Positions 31,288 through 42,888 of a stretch of DNA of 64,000 nucleotides are shown one piece after another; position 1 is the stretch's first letter, and each line of letters starts with the position of its first letter. The stretch lies in NCBI GenBank assembly GCA_031285625.1, contig JAITVV010000063.1, positions 86,443 through 150,442 of the forward strand, in the 5' to 3' direction. The translations under genes and the position numbers were made by a program. The notes under the pieces were generated by a model that saw nothing but the letters and a program-made list of their open reading frames with translations, had not been told where the DNA came from and ran no database searches. The stretch is from Prevotella sp. GTDB taxonomy: Bacteria > Bacteroidota > Bacteroidia > Bacteroidales > Dysgonomonadaceae.

Positions 31288-31548
31288 TTAATATACCAAC
31301 AAATATAGAAAAATATTCAATCCAAGTATGTTGAGTCTCGAGAATCTCTTTCGATATTTTAATTAATTTTTCATCAACATTTCGGAACAAGTGTATTAAA
31401 TATCTCTACAGCTTGCTCAGGTGTATCCTGAGCCGACATTTTACCTTGTTTATCAAGGAATTTTATAAACTTCGATAATTGAGGTGCTACACCATTTTTT
31501 TATAGTGGTTTTATATGTTAACAGAAGTATCAAGTTAAAACCTCTATA

Positions 31549-32847
31549 TTACAGCATATCGATGCATCTTTCCAGCTGTACACCTCTCGACCCCTTCAGT
31601 AATATATAACTATCCTGTATCGGATTTTTTTCGAGATAGTCTTTTAAGCTATCCATATCTTTAAATCTCGGATATTTGGTATCCACCCGGCTAAAATTAT
31701 CCCCGATAAACATTACCCGGTCAAAATTGTGATGTGTAATATAATCTGCTACCTTCTGATGCTCCATATCCGTATCAGGACCTAACTCTTTCATATCTCC
31801 CAGGATAAGCACTTTCTTGCTAACATCCATATGATCGAAATTCTCAAGAGCAGCATGCATACTCGTCGGATTAGCATTATATGCATCTATGATAAGCATA
31901 TTCTTTTCGGTTTCTTTAAGCTGAGAACGGTTGTTAGTAGGCACATACTCTTCCAGGGCCTTGCATATAAGCGAAGCTTTCACGCCAAGATATTTTCCAA
32001 TAGTAATTGCTGCTAATGCATTAGAGAGGTTATATTCCCCTATCATATTCGTTTTTATCAGATGGCGCTTATTTCCAAATTTCCATTCAAGCTCCAGAAA
32101 AGGTTTAATTGAAGCGACTTTTCCCGAAACAAACAGGTCATCCTGAAGGCCATAATAAATAGAAGTTATCCCTTCGGCCATCTCGCGCAGAAGTATATTA
32201 TCATTATCGATAAATATTTTCCCGTCTGTAGTACTACGAATAAATTCATACAACTCACCTTTAGCCTTCACAACGTTTTCGAATGAGCCGAATCCTTCGA
32301 TATGAGCATGTCCCAGATTTGTAATCAGCCCATAATTAGGCAAAGCCATCTCCGCTAGAAATTTGATCTCACCAACATGACTCGCTCCCATCTCCACTAT
32401 TGCGATCTCATGTTCCTTTTTTATCCTGAGTAAAGTTAAAGGCACCCCAATATGGTTGTTGAGATTACCCTGAGTTGCCAGCACATTATACTCCTGAGAA
32501 AGAACCGAATATATCAACTCTTTAGTAGTAGTCTTACCATTAGTGCCTGTTATTGCAATAATAGGTTTTTTTATTATTTTTTTTCGGTGATAATGAGCAA
32601 GTTCCTGTAACGTTTCAAGACTATCGTTGACAAGTATAATATTGGGACGGGTGGCATATTTAGCTTCATCAACAACAGCATAACTACACCCGGAATCTAT
32701 AGCCTTTTCTGCATATTCATTCCCATTAAAATTTGCACCTTTTAATGCGAAAAAAATCGAACCTTTCGGACTATTGCGTGTGTCAGTAGATATTTCCGGA
32801 TACTGTTTGTATATTTCATACAATTTGGATATCTCCATAGCATTCAT
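31549..32847 (-). CDS. murF: UDP-MurNAc-tripeptide--D-Ala-D-Ala ligase
   Basis: ITGTNGKTTTK, NLNNHIGVP, EMGA, DAYNANP, LGDMKELG, KGSRG. Confidence 0.97.
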   Translation of the reverse strand: MNAMEISKLYEIYKQYPEISTDTRNSPKGSIFFALKGANFNGNEYAEKAIDSGCSYAVVDEAKYATRPNIILVNDSLETLQELAHYHRKKIIKKPIIAITGTNGKTTTKELIYSVLSQEYNVLATQGNLNNHIGVPLTLLRIKKEHEIAIVEMGASHVGEIKFLAEMALPNYGLITNLGHAHIEGFGSFENVVKAKGELYEFIRSTTDGKIFIDNDNILLREMAEGITSIYYGLQDDLFVSGKVASIKPFLELEWKFGNKRHLIKTNMIGEYNLSNALAAITIGKYLGVKASLICKALEEYVPTNNRSQLKETEKNMLIIDAYNANPTSMHAALENFDHMDVSKKVLILGDMKELGPDTDMEHQKVADYITHHNFDRVMFIGDNFSRVDTKYPRFKDMDSLKDYLEKNPIQDSYILLKGSRGVQLERCIDML

Positions 32848-33068
32848 TACAATGTTAATAGTTTACGTTAAAAACGCTTTTAAATACATTATTGTTTACC
32901 AATACATAGTTCTATAAGATTCTTTAAGGCAATGCGAAGATAACGTTAATAATTTACATCAGATATCCTTCTTAACGTTTTTTACTTTATCAATTATTTT
33001 AGAAATATACCATAAACATGGTATAAAAATACCTCACTTTAGTGATTTTAAGTATGTAGGAAAGCATG

Positions 33069-33076
33069 TACCTTTG
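33069..33076 (+). promoter_or_regulatory. Bacteroidetes sigma-A -7 box upstream of cysK
   Basis: TACCTTTG matches TAnnTTTG, about 35 nt before the ATG. Confidence 0.55.
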
Positions 33077-33111
33077 TATCAATTAATAAACAATACGAAA
33101 AATAAAAGATT

Positions 33112-34059
33112 ATGGGAAAAATTGCTAAAAAATTGACTGACCTGATAGGAAATACTCCGCTACTGGAGTTATCAAACTATAATAAAAAACATGGACTTGA
33201 TGCTCATGTCATTGCAAAGTTAGAATACTTTAATCCGGCATCGAGTGTTAAAGACCGTATTGCAAATGCAATGATAGAAGATGCAGAAGCTTCAGGCGCT
33301 CTTAAACCCGATAGTGAACTGATAGAACCTACCAGTGGCAACACAGGTATCGGGCTGGCCTTTGTGGCTGCCGCCAAAGGCTATAAACTTACATTAACAA
33401 TGCCTGAAACCATGAGTATAGAGCGTAGAAACCTGCTCAAAGCACTAGGTGCGAATATCGTTCTTACACCTGGTCCCGAAGGCATGAAAGGAGCAATAGC
33501 TAAAGCAGAAGAGTTGCAAAAACAAAATCCAAAGGCCGTTGTACTCCAACAATTTGCCAATCCTGCAAACCCTGCTGTACATAGAAGAACTACAGCCGAA
33601 GAGATATGGCGCGATACAGATGGAAACGTAGATATCTTTGTTGCCGGAGTGGGCACAGGAGGTACAGTAAGCGGTGTAGGTGAAGTGTTGAAAAAATACA
33701 ATCCGAATGTAAAAATTGTTGCAGTAGAACCAACAGACTCGCCTGTATTATCAGGAGGGAAACCGGGTCCCCATAAGATACAGGGTATAGGTGCGGGATT
33801 TGTACCTAAAACATACGATGCATCTGTTGTAGATGAAATAATTCAGGTAAGTAACGATGACTCGATACGTACCAGCCGCGAACTGGCCCGTGAAGAGGGG
33901 CTCCTTGTAGGTATATCTTCGGGGGCGGCTACTTATGCAGCTACCCAACTAGCTAAGATACCTGAGAATAAGGGGAAAAATATAGTAGTTATACTACCTG
34001 ATACAGGTGAACGTTATTTATCTACAGTATTATATGCATTTGAAGAATATCCGCTTTAA
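33112..34059 (+). CDS. cysK: Cysteine synthase A
   Basis: [11 protein letters not shown] (PLP Lys), [32 protein letters not shown]. Confidence 0.97.
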   Translation: MGKIAKKLTDLIGNTPLLELSNYNKKHGLDAHVIAKLEYFNPASSVKDRIANAMIEDAEASGALKPDSELIEPTSGNTGIGLAFVAAAKGYKLTLTMPETMSIERRNLLKALGANIVLTPGPEGMKGAIAKAEELQKQNPKAVVLQQFANPANPAVHRRTTAEEIWRDTDGNVDIFVAGVGTGGTVSGVGEVLKKYNPNVKIVAVEPTDSPVLSGGKPGPHKIQGIGAGFVPKTYDASVVDEIIQVSNDDSIRTSRELAREEGLLVGISSGAATYAATQLAKIPENKGKNIVVILPDTGERYLSTVLYAFEEYPL

Positions 34060-34147
34060 TCATAGTAAAATTGTTTAGTTATCTTTATTTTATTTGAGTA
34101 ATTAGCTTTTTAGCTAGTTACTCATATTTACATGAAAACCAATATAA

Positions 34148-35455
<1,308 letters not shown>

Positions 35456-35477
35456 TCAAATAGTATTTGTAAAAAAT

Positions 35478-35509
35478 AAACCCAACAGAATTAAAGTTCT
35501 GTTGGGTTT
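35478..35509. terminator. Bidirectional terminator
   Basis: AAACCCAACAGAA-TTAAAG-TTCTGTTGGGTTT between convergent metY and susD. Confidence 0.8.
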
Positions 35510-35561
35510 GTAATGAAAGCCTCTACCTAATAATCTGGGAACAGATCATCTCATATTTTTA

Positions 35562-37208
35562 TTATTCAGTATATCCCGGATTCTGTGTCAATTTAGGATT
35601 TTTGTCACGAGCACTCTGAGGTATCGGAAGATAACGGAAATGAGTTTTAAATACCCGATCTTCGATCTTTGTGTCAGCTGCAGAAGGATTTAGGTCAATA
35701 ACAGCACGCTTCGCAGGATCTGTTTCACTGTAATTGATAGTTCCTGTAACACGCGTAAGTGTTCCATTCAAGGCTGTTTCCGCAACCATTTTACCACTAT
35801 TGTCTTTCCATCTCAGTATATCTGCACGGCGAACACCCTCTCCTGCAAGTTCTACACCGCGTTCACGACGGATAAGTTCGCGTAATGTTTCTTTCGAGCC
35901 GTATTTAGTTCTGTTTACTACCGGCATGCCTGCACGGGTACGTATTCTGTCCAGTTTATTATATACTTCAGCCGATGGACCATTCAGTTCGTTTTCAGCT
36001 TCTGCCCATGTGAGAAGAACTTCTGCATAACGACACACTATAGGACTACAGTTAGTTTCCCATATACCTCCTGTATATTGATCCATAGGGTCTAGATACT
36101 TTCTCCATGTTAATGCTGATTTCGATGAGTTGTTGGCAGCAGTAGGATAATTCGGATTATTAGATCCATCTACAACTTTGTCTAAAGTATTGATAACTCC
36201 ACCATTCCAATCCATTCCAGGGTACATCACAGTCATTTCCATACGTGGATCACGATTTGCAAACGGATGTACAGGATTATAGGCATCTGCTCCTCCTTTA
36301 GCAACTGACTCTTCTTTGGTCAGACCATCTTTCATTTCGTATATATCGACCAGTTTTTGTGTAGGAACTATGGAAGACCAGCCTCCGTCACCGTTATTAT
36401 ACATTTGTCCTACAACGCCTGTTGCTTTTGTTACATCAATATATTGGACTGCAAGAATAATTTCCTTGGAATTTTGTCCAGAAACTTTAAACAGTTCGGA
36501 ATAATCACTTTCGAGATCATATTGCCCCAAGTCAATAATTGCCTGAGCAGCATCTTTAGCCCGTTGGTGTTCGTCATAATATAAAGCCATACGCATTTTA
36601 ATAGCCAGTGCAGCACCTTTTGCTATGCGCCCACGTGCAGCCGGAGCATCGTTCAACTCTCCTATAGCTTTGTCCAATTCAGTTTCTATAAATGTTTTTA
36701 CTTCTGCTTCAGAATTACGTGGTACCCTAGCTTCTTCTGCACTACTATAATTTTCGATAATCGGTACGCCTCCATAAACCCAATTCATAATGAAATAACG
36801 GTAAGCACGTATTGTACGCACCTGACCAATCAGATCATTCTTAGTTTTTTCATCAGAGAATGTAATATTTTCTATATTCTCCATAAAGGTATTACAACGG
36901 CGGATATTCGTAAAATTATAAAAATTATGGATCGTACTGGAAGGTGTTATGGTTCCATTTGCAATATTCTTATACTCTTCCCATTCGAAGTTATTGTAGC
37001 CAAAATCAGATCCACAGTCCATATATAGCATAGGACCAGCTTCTTCCCATCCATCGTAACAACCGACAGCAAATTTCTGAGCGTCATCTTCAGTTTTCCA
37101 TGTAGTAGGAGGAGATAGCTCATCTTTAGGAGTTACATCGAGAAAATCGGAGCAAGATGCTAATATCATTGCTGCAATACAAATCAATATATATTTGAGA
37201 TATTTCAT
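35562..37208 (-). CDS. susD: SusD/RagB-family lipoprotein
   Basis: Start MKYLKY at 37208, lipobox LASC; YGGVP, RYAEVLL, ERGVELAGEG, LPIP...QNPGY. Confidence 0.93.
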   Translation of the reverse strand: MKYLKYILICIAAMILASCSDFLDVTPKDELSPPTTWKTEDDAQKFAVGCYDGWEEAGPMLYMDCGSDFGYNNFEWEEYKNIANGTITPSSTIHNFYNFTNIRRCNTFMENIENITFSDEKTKNDLIGQVRTIRAYRYFIMNWVYGGVPIIENYSSAEEARVPRNSEAEVKTFIETELDKAIGELNDAPAARGRIAKGAALAIKMRMALYYDEHQRAKDAAQAIIDLGQYDLESDYSELFKVSGQNSKEIILAVQYIDVTKATGVVGQMYNNGDGGWSSIVPTQKLVDIYEMKDGLTKEESVAKGGADAYNPVHPFANRDPRMEMTVMYPGMDWNGGVINTLDKVVDGSNNPNYPTAANNSSKSALTWRKYLDPMDQYTGGIWETNCSPIVCRYAEVLLTWAEAENELNGPSAEVYNKLDRIRTRAGMPVVNRTKYGSKETLRELIRRERGVELAGEGVRRADILRWKDNSGKMVAETALNGTLTRVTGTINYSETDPAKRAVIDLNPSAADTKIEDRVFKTHFRYLPIPQSARDKNPKLTQNPGYTE

Positions 37209-37317
37209 ACGATAATCTTTTTTTAATGGTTGTATGGAAACTTGCATGACAAAATTATGATAAGCTTTATTGAATAGCTGTTCATGCTCGTTTTCATAAT
37301 TTTCAGATTTATAATTA

Positions 37318-40300
37318 TTAGAATGAGATATTAATACCGAAAGCATGCGTTTGTAGTAGCGGATACGATGATGTACGTGTACTAGTAGCCTCAGGATCTA
37401 CGTTTGCTCTCATGTTATCAATTGTAAACAGATTTTCAACGGAATAATACAAGCGTAAGCTACTAATTCCTAGACCATTTAATACATTCCGAGGAAGTGT
37501 ATAACCCAACTGTAAGTTTTTCAACCGGAAGTAACTGATATCTTCCAGCCAGAAATCCGATTTCACAGACGGTAGTTACTTGGAGAATTCTGATCATAGT
37601 GACGACGTGGCATCTTAGCATTATGGTTTTCCGGTGTCCAGGCATCTTTCCATATCGTTGAAGGATGGGCAGCATCACCCGAGAAGTTTCCGAATACCTC
37701 ATATGCATCAAAAAGACGTGATGCTTTTGCAGCTCCATTGAATGTCAGTCCTAAATCAAAGTTATTCCATGCTGCGTTGATATTGAAACCGTAATTAATA
37801 ACAGGATCAGGAGTATTTTTTACATATATACGGTCTGCAGAAGTAAGTTCTCCATTTCCATCTGTATCAACATAGCGCAAATCACCAGCCATAAATTTCT
37901 TACCAAACGGATTTCCGTATTTTGCTGTAAACTCATCAGCTTCTTCCTGAGAATTGAAGAATCCATCAGCCTTATAGATATAATAGCTATCTATAGCATG
38001 TCCAATAGCATTCCGTTGGATATTATTATCATTTTGTATATAATCAACACCTCCCAGGTCAAGAATCTTATTCTTATTATGTGAAATGTTTCCTGAGAAG
38101 CCCAATTGTACCTGATTTATCTTTGTGTTATAGCCTAAACTTATTTCTACTCCTCTGTTTCTCATCGAGCCCACATTGTCTCGATATGGGTCTAAGGCAA
38201 ACTCAGCAGGAACAGATACTTCCATAATGATGTCAGTCGTTTTACGGTCATAGTAATCAATAGACATATTCAGTTTGTTGAACAGAGTGAAATCCATTCC
38301 GAGCCCCCATGTGGTAGCTTTCTCCCAAGAAATATCTTCTAACCGGTATTTTTGCTGATAATAACCTGAATTTAATGCTCCTCCAAATGGATATTTTGCA
38401 CCTACATTATAGGTATTCATAGCCGGATAGTATTCCGCATTACCGTCTTTATCGGTAACATACTCATTCCCTAATTTACCCCAGGAAGCACGAATCTTAA
38501 GATCCGACAACCAAGTATTTTTGGCATCACTCATAAAATCTTCTTCCGAGATACGCCATGCCGCAGAAAATGAAGGGAAATATCCCCAACGATGTCCCTC
38601 TGCAAAACGGGAAGATGCATCAGAACGGATATTTGCTTCGAACAGATACTTGTTAGCATAATCATAGTTAACACGGGCAAACCATGATACCATAGCCAAT
38701 TCTCTTGTAAAGCCCTTGTTTGTCTGAGTAGAAGGATCTCCGGCATTCATATCTGTCAGTTCATTGTTAGGAAAATTCTTGCGGGACGTTTCCAATTCTT
38801 TTCTGTTATATTTTTCTGTCTGGAAACCTAACAGCCCTTTGAAACCATGTTTGTCAAATGTTTTGTCATAGTTTAGCAACGCATTATAGTTGGTACGGTT
38901 CCATGTATAGTAGCGTTCTTCCAATTTATTCGGTTCCGATTCCTTATTTGCATTATATTTAATATATTTCTGGAAATAGCTGTAGTTCTGAGTATTATTA
39001 ATATAGGCACCCTGCAGGGTTAAGACCAGCCCATCAATAATCTTATAATCGAGTGCTGCCGATCCTGAAAAATTCTGATTGTAACGGTCTGTGGTCATCT
39101 TAGAATCCAGCCATGCAATTGGGCTACCATCCGATATCGTTCCCCATGTACCGTCATCATAACGGGCTACAATCCATGGAGCTATCAGGTTCAACTGGCG
39201 GATAATCTGGTCAGAACCACCTCCATAGTAAGCAGAGCTAGCATCTTTATAGTCATTTTTGATATATGCTAAACCCATACGTGCAGTAAAACGGCTGTTT
39301 ATCTTTATATCCAAGTTAGTACGTGCATTAAATTGCTCACGTTCTGCATTACGAAGGATACCTGTTTGATTAAGATAACCGAGAGATGCCATATATTTTA
39401 CATTCTCTGTCCCTCCTGCGATATTAATGTTATGACGATGTTGAATACCTGTCTTGTATGCCAGATCGTACCAGTCTGTATCAGGATATAACGGATCATT
39501 TCCTGCTTTAAATTTGCCCAATTCTTCATCAGTAAAACGCTTAGCCATTCCTTCAGCTTCTAATACGTCATTGTACAGGGATGCATACTCATATGATCCC
39601 ATACGGTCAATTGTTTTTGTTGCATTCTGAAAGCTCAGATAACCATTGTAAGAAACATTTACCTTTCCTGCTTTTCCTCGTTTTGTAGTAATGAGAATTA
39701 CACCATTGGCAGCTTTAGATCCATATATAGCAGCAGAAGCAGCGTCTTTCAGTACAGAGATACTTTCTATGTCGTTAGGGTCTACTGCGTTCAATGTTCC
39801 AGTTTCTACTCCGTCTACCAGGATATAAGGATCTGAATTATTCAATGTTCCGATACCACGAATACGTATTTTACCATTATCCAGCCCGGGTGCACCGTTT
39901 AGACCGGAAACATTTATACCTGGCATCAATCCTTGCAAACCTGTTGTAAGATTTTGAATAGGACGGCTTTCAATTTCTTTGCTGCTGATGGAAGCAACAG
40001 ATCCAGTCAAATTGACCTTCTTCTGTATACCATAACCAACAACGACAACATCTTCCAATTCGGTAGGTTCTTCATCGAGAATTATTCTCATATTGGCTGC
40101 AGCTTTCAGTTCTTTGTTCTGGAAACCAATATAGGAAATAACTAATGTTGCATCCGGTTTTACATTTAAAGTAAATTTACCATCAAGATCAGTCATCGTT
40201 CCATTGGTGGTTCCTTTTTCTACAACCGAAACTCCTGTAAGAGGTTCTCCATTGGTATCAGTGATTGTACCATTGGAAAGGAAAGACGGAGCCTGAGCAG

Positions 40301-40685
40301 GCTCTTCTACTTTCGGAATTTCTCTCTTTTCAACCACTACAATCTGATTGCCATTAATATGGTAAGATAAATTTAAAGGGGGCAATACTCTATTTAATAT
40401 GTCTTCAATGCTTTCATTTTTACTATTTATCGAAACAGTTTTATTCTCCACTATTCCTTTTTTATACAAAATGACAAAATCAGACTTCTTCTCTATTTCA
40501 GAGAAAAGCCTTTCCACTTTAGCATTTGAGAGCTTCACAGTCACATTGGCGGTCTGTGAATATGTGTTAACAGCTGATAGAGTACAACAAAAACCCAAAA
40601 TGAATAATGCAAAGTAAACTTTCATAATTTTCAGGGAAAAACTTTTTTTAGGTTTTTCAAACTTAGTTTTAGATTTTTTTCTCAT
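37318..40685 (-). pseudogene. susC: SusC TonB-dependent transducer (STN domain) with 1-nt frameshift about 82 codons before the C-terminus
   Basis: VVVVGYG, LKDAASAAIYGSKAANGVILITTK. The frame stops at NYRL* and the overlapping frame continues VKSDFWLEDISYFRLKNLQLGY...GINISF, the canonical SusC end. Confidence 0.88.
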
Positions 40686-40846
40686 ACATTTGAATTGTTT
40701 TGATTAACGTTGGTCACACTTTTGTTTTTTGAAACACTACAAGCGTGTAATATTGCAGTATTGCACGCTTTTTTCACGATTTAAGGTCACTACATCATAT
40801 TTAAACTTTTTGGTTAACTATTTATACACAATATGAAACCTATAAC

Positions 40847-42004
40847 CTATCTTACATAAATTACATCTCCCTCCCTTGTATAAGACATAGGTGTAGATAA
40901 GGATAAATTATCTAAAACGGTTTCTATAGGTTCTTTAAGGTCTATCTTTCCTTTATATTTTTCAAGAGCAAATCTCTGGCTACATTGAATATCTAGACCA
41001 TAGTAACGAGACAGCCTTTTCATTATAATATCCAATGATTCTCCATTGAGCTGCATAATATTGTCTTTCCAACATGTATATGGATATGTATCAATATTTT
41101 TTATGCTACTAATTCCGTTTTCAGTAAAAAAACCCTGATTAGGAAGAAGCTTTCCTTTAGATGACCCTGCTGTTACTTCCACAGCTCCTGTTACTAAAAC
41201 AACCGAATTTTCATTATCGCTGCTATACGCACTAATATTAAACTGTGTGCCAAGAACTTGCACACTAAATCCTTTTGTATGTACTAGAAATGGCCTCTTT
41301 TCATCTTTTGCTACATCCAGATAAGCTTCTCCATCTATTACAATTTCCCTGTTTTCTTCACTAAAGATTTTAGGATAAACTATTTTTGTACCGGAATTAA
41401 CCCAGATAGCTGATCCATCGCTAAGCTTCACGGTTGTCCTTCTTCCCTTTGGTACAACTACCGTCACATATTCAGCTTTTATACTGGACGACTCCATCTT
41501 TTGCTCTTTACCAACCAGCAAGCCTCCTTCTACTGTTTGTTCTATTGTTTCATCGTTACCAATATTTGTCTGATTATTTCCTGCAATAATCTGGACTTCC
41601 CCATCTTGTATTTCTGCAGACTCCATTAACGAAAACAGATGATTTTCTGTATCATTATTTTCCAGTGGATTTAAGAATATAAGGAAAACAATTGCGATAC
41701 AAGCAGCAACTGCACTAGCCGTCCATAGATAAAAGCGTCGATTACGCTTCAGGTGCTTTTTTTCTATTATTTGTTGTTGAATAATATTCCAGTCTTCATC
41801 AATTTGCGTATCCGGAATATCAGGAGTGTGTATTCTTAAATATTGTAATAACACAATAGCGTCCTCCATCATATCTTTTTTTTCCGGATACAATGAAAAC
41901 AGCTCGGCAATTTCATCCTGGTTATTCCTTTTGGATATACTTACAAAAGAATCATCCAGAATAAAATCCTCTATTGTATTAAAATTTTTATAATAGTCAC
42001 TCAT
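40847..42004 (-). CDS. FecR-family anti-sigma factor
   Basis: TM helix; LSDGSAIWVNSGT, GEAYLDVAKD, VLGTQFN. Likely start MSDYY at 42004. Confidence 0.9.
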   Translation of the reverse strand: MSDYYKNFNTIEDFILDDSFVSISKRNNQDEIAELFSLYPEKKDMMEDAIVLLQYLRIHTPDIPDTQIDEDWNIIQQQIIEKKHLKRNRRFYLWTASAVAACIAIVFLIFLNPLENNDTENHLFSLMESAEIQDGEVQIIAGNNQTNIGNDETIEQTVEGGLLVGKEQKMESSSIKAEYVTVVVPKGRRTTVKLSDGSAIWVNSGTKIVYPKIFSEENREIVIDGEAYLDVAKDEKRPFLVHTKGFSVQVLGTQFNISAYSSDNENSVVLVTGAVEVTAGSSKGKLLPNQGFFTENGISSIKNIDTYPYTCWKDNIMQLNGESLDIIMKRLSRYYGLDIQCSQRFALEKYKGKIDLKEPIETVLDNLSLSTPMSYTREGDVIYVR

Positions 42005-42097
42005 GAACACATAGTTTTTTATGTGGCTTATATTATATATACAATGAGAGACAAATTTTATAATCAGTTGTGATTGATTTTTTTCAAAAAAAATCAA

Positions 42098-42703
42098 TTA
42101 ATAACAACAGTAGGTTAAAAGGATAAAAAACAGGCAGTAATGACAATCAGAATTTTCTTTCCTGATCTTATCCATAGCCCGATATGTGAGGTTTCTTGCC
42201 GCTTGTTCCGTCATATTCATTATTTTCGAGATCTCTTCATAATCCATTTGATGAAGAAACCTCAAATAAATAATTTCTCTCTGACGTACTGTTAAGCCTG
42301 CCAATATTCTTTGGACAAGAGTGCTTACCCTTAGCTGTTCTTCCTTGTCCTCGATTATATTTTCATTCACAGAAAAGGCCATATCGAAATCTTCTACCTT
42401 TTCTATTTTAGTATGTTTCTGATTTACTTTTATAGAATTTATACAAGAGTTTCGCATTGCAGTAAAAAGGAAAGGCCTTAGGGTGGTAGGGTCCTTTACC
42501 ATATCCGGCCTTGTGTAAAGTTTTACAAATAAATCCTGTATTATATCGCGTACCTGCTCTTCAGTAATCTTAAAACTTATGCCATAAGAATACAACATCT
42601 TATAACTTGTCCGGTATATTTCAGAAAAAGCATCAGTATCACCATCTATGAATAAAATCCACAGATCCGAAATTCCCTTTTTGTCAACCCGAATTTGACT
42701 CAT
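42098..42703 (-). CDS. ECF RNA polymerase sigma factor
   Basis: DIIQDLFVKL; LTVRQREIIYLRF...YEEISKIM; upstream TATCTTTG -7 box at 42732-42739. Confidence 0.92.
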   Translation of the reverse strand: MSQIRVDKKGISDLWILFIDGDTDAFSEIYRTSYKMLYSYGISFKITEEQVRDIIQDLFVKLYTRPDMVKDPTTLRPFLFTAMRNSCINSIKVNQKHTKIEKVEDFDMAFSVNENIIEDKEEQLRVSTLVQRILAGLTVRQREIIYLRFLHQMDYEEISKIMNMTEQAARNLTYRAMDKIRKENSDCHYCLFFILLTYCCY

Positions 42704-42831
42704 TAATATTATAATTAGCGGCCTTCACTGGCAAAGATAGGAATATAAAATTCATTTCCTTTTGTTAAATAATACAAAAATAATATCCTCAATTACTTTA
42801 TATTGGAATAGAGACACTTGACTTAAATACA

Positions 42832-42865
42832 AAAGAAGCATGAGTTCAGCTACTCATGCTTCTTT
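42832..42865 (-). terminator. Intrinsic terminator after GH97
   Basis: AAAGAAGCATGAGT-TCAGCT-ACTCATGCTTCTTT. Confidence 0.8.
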
Positions 42866-42888
42866 ATCTATAAAGTATAATATATCAC

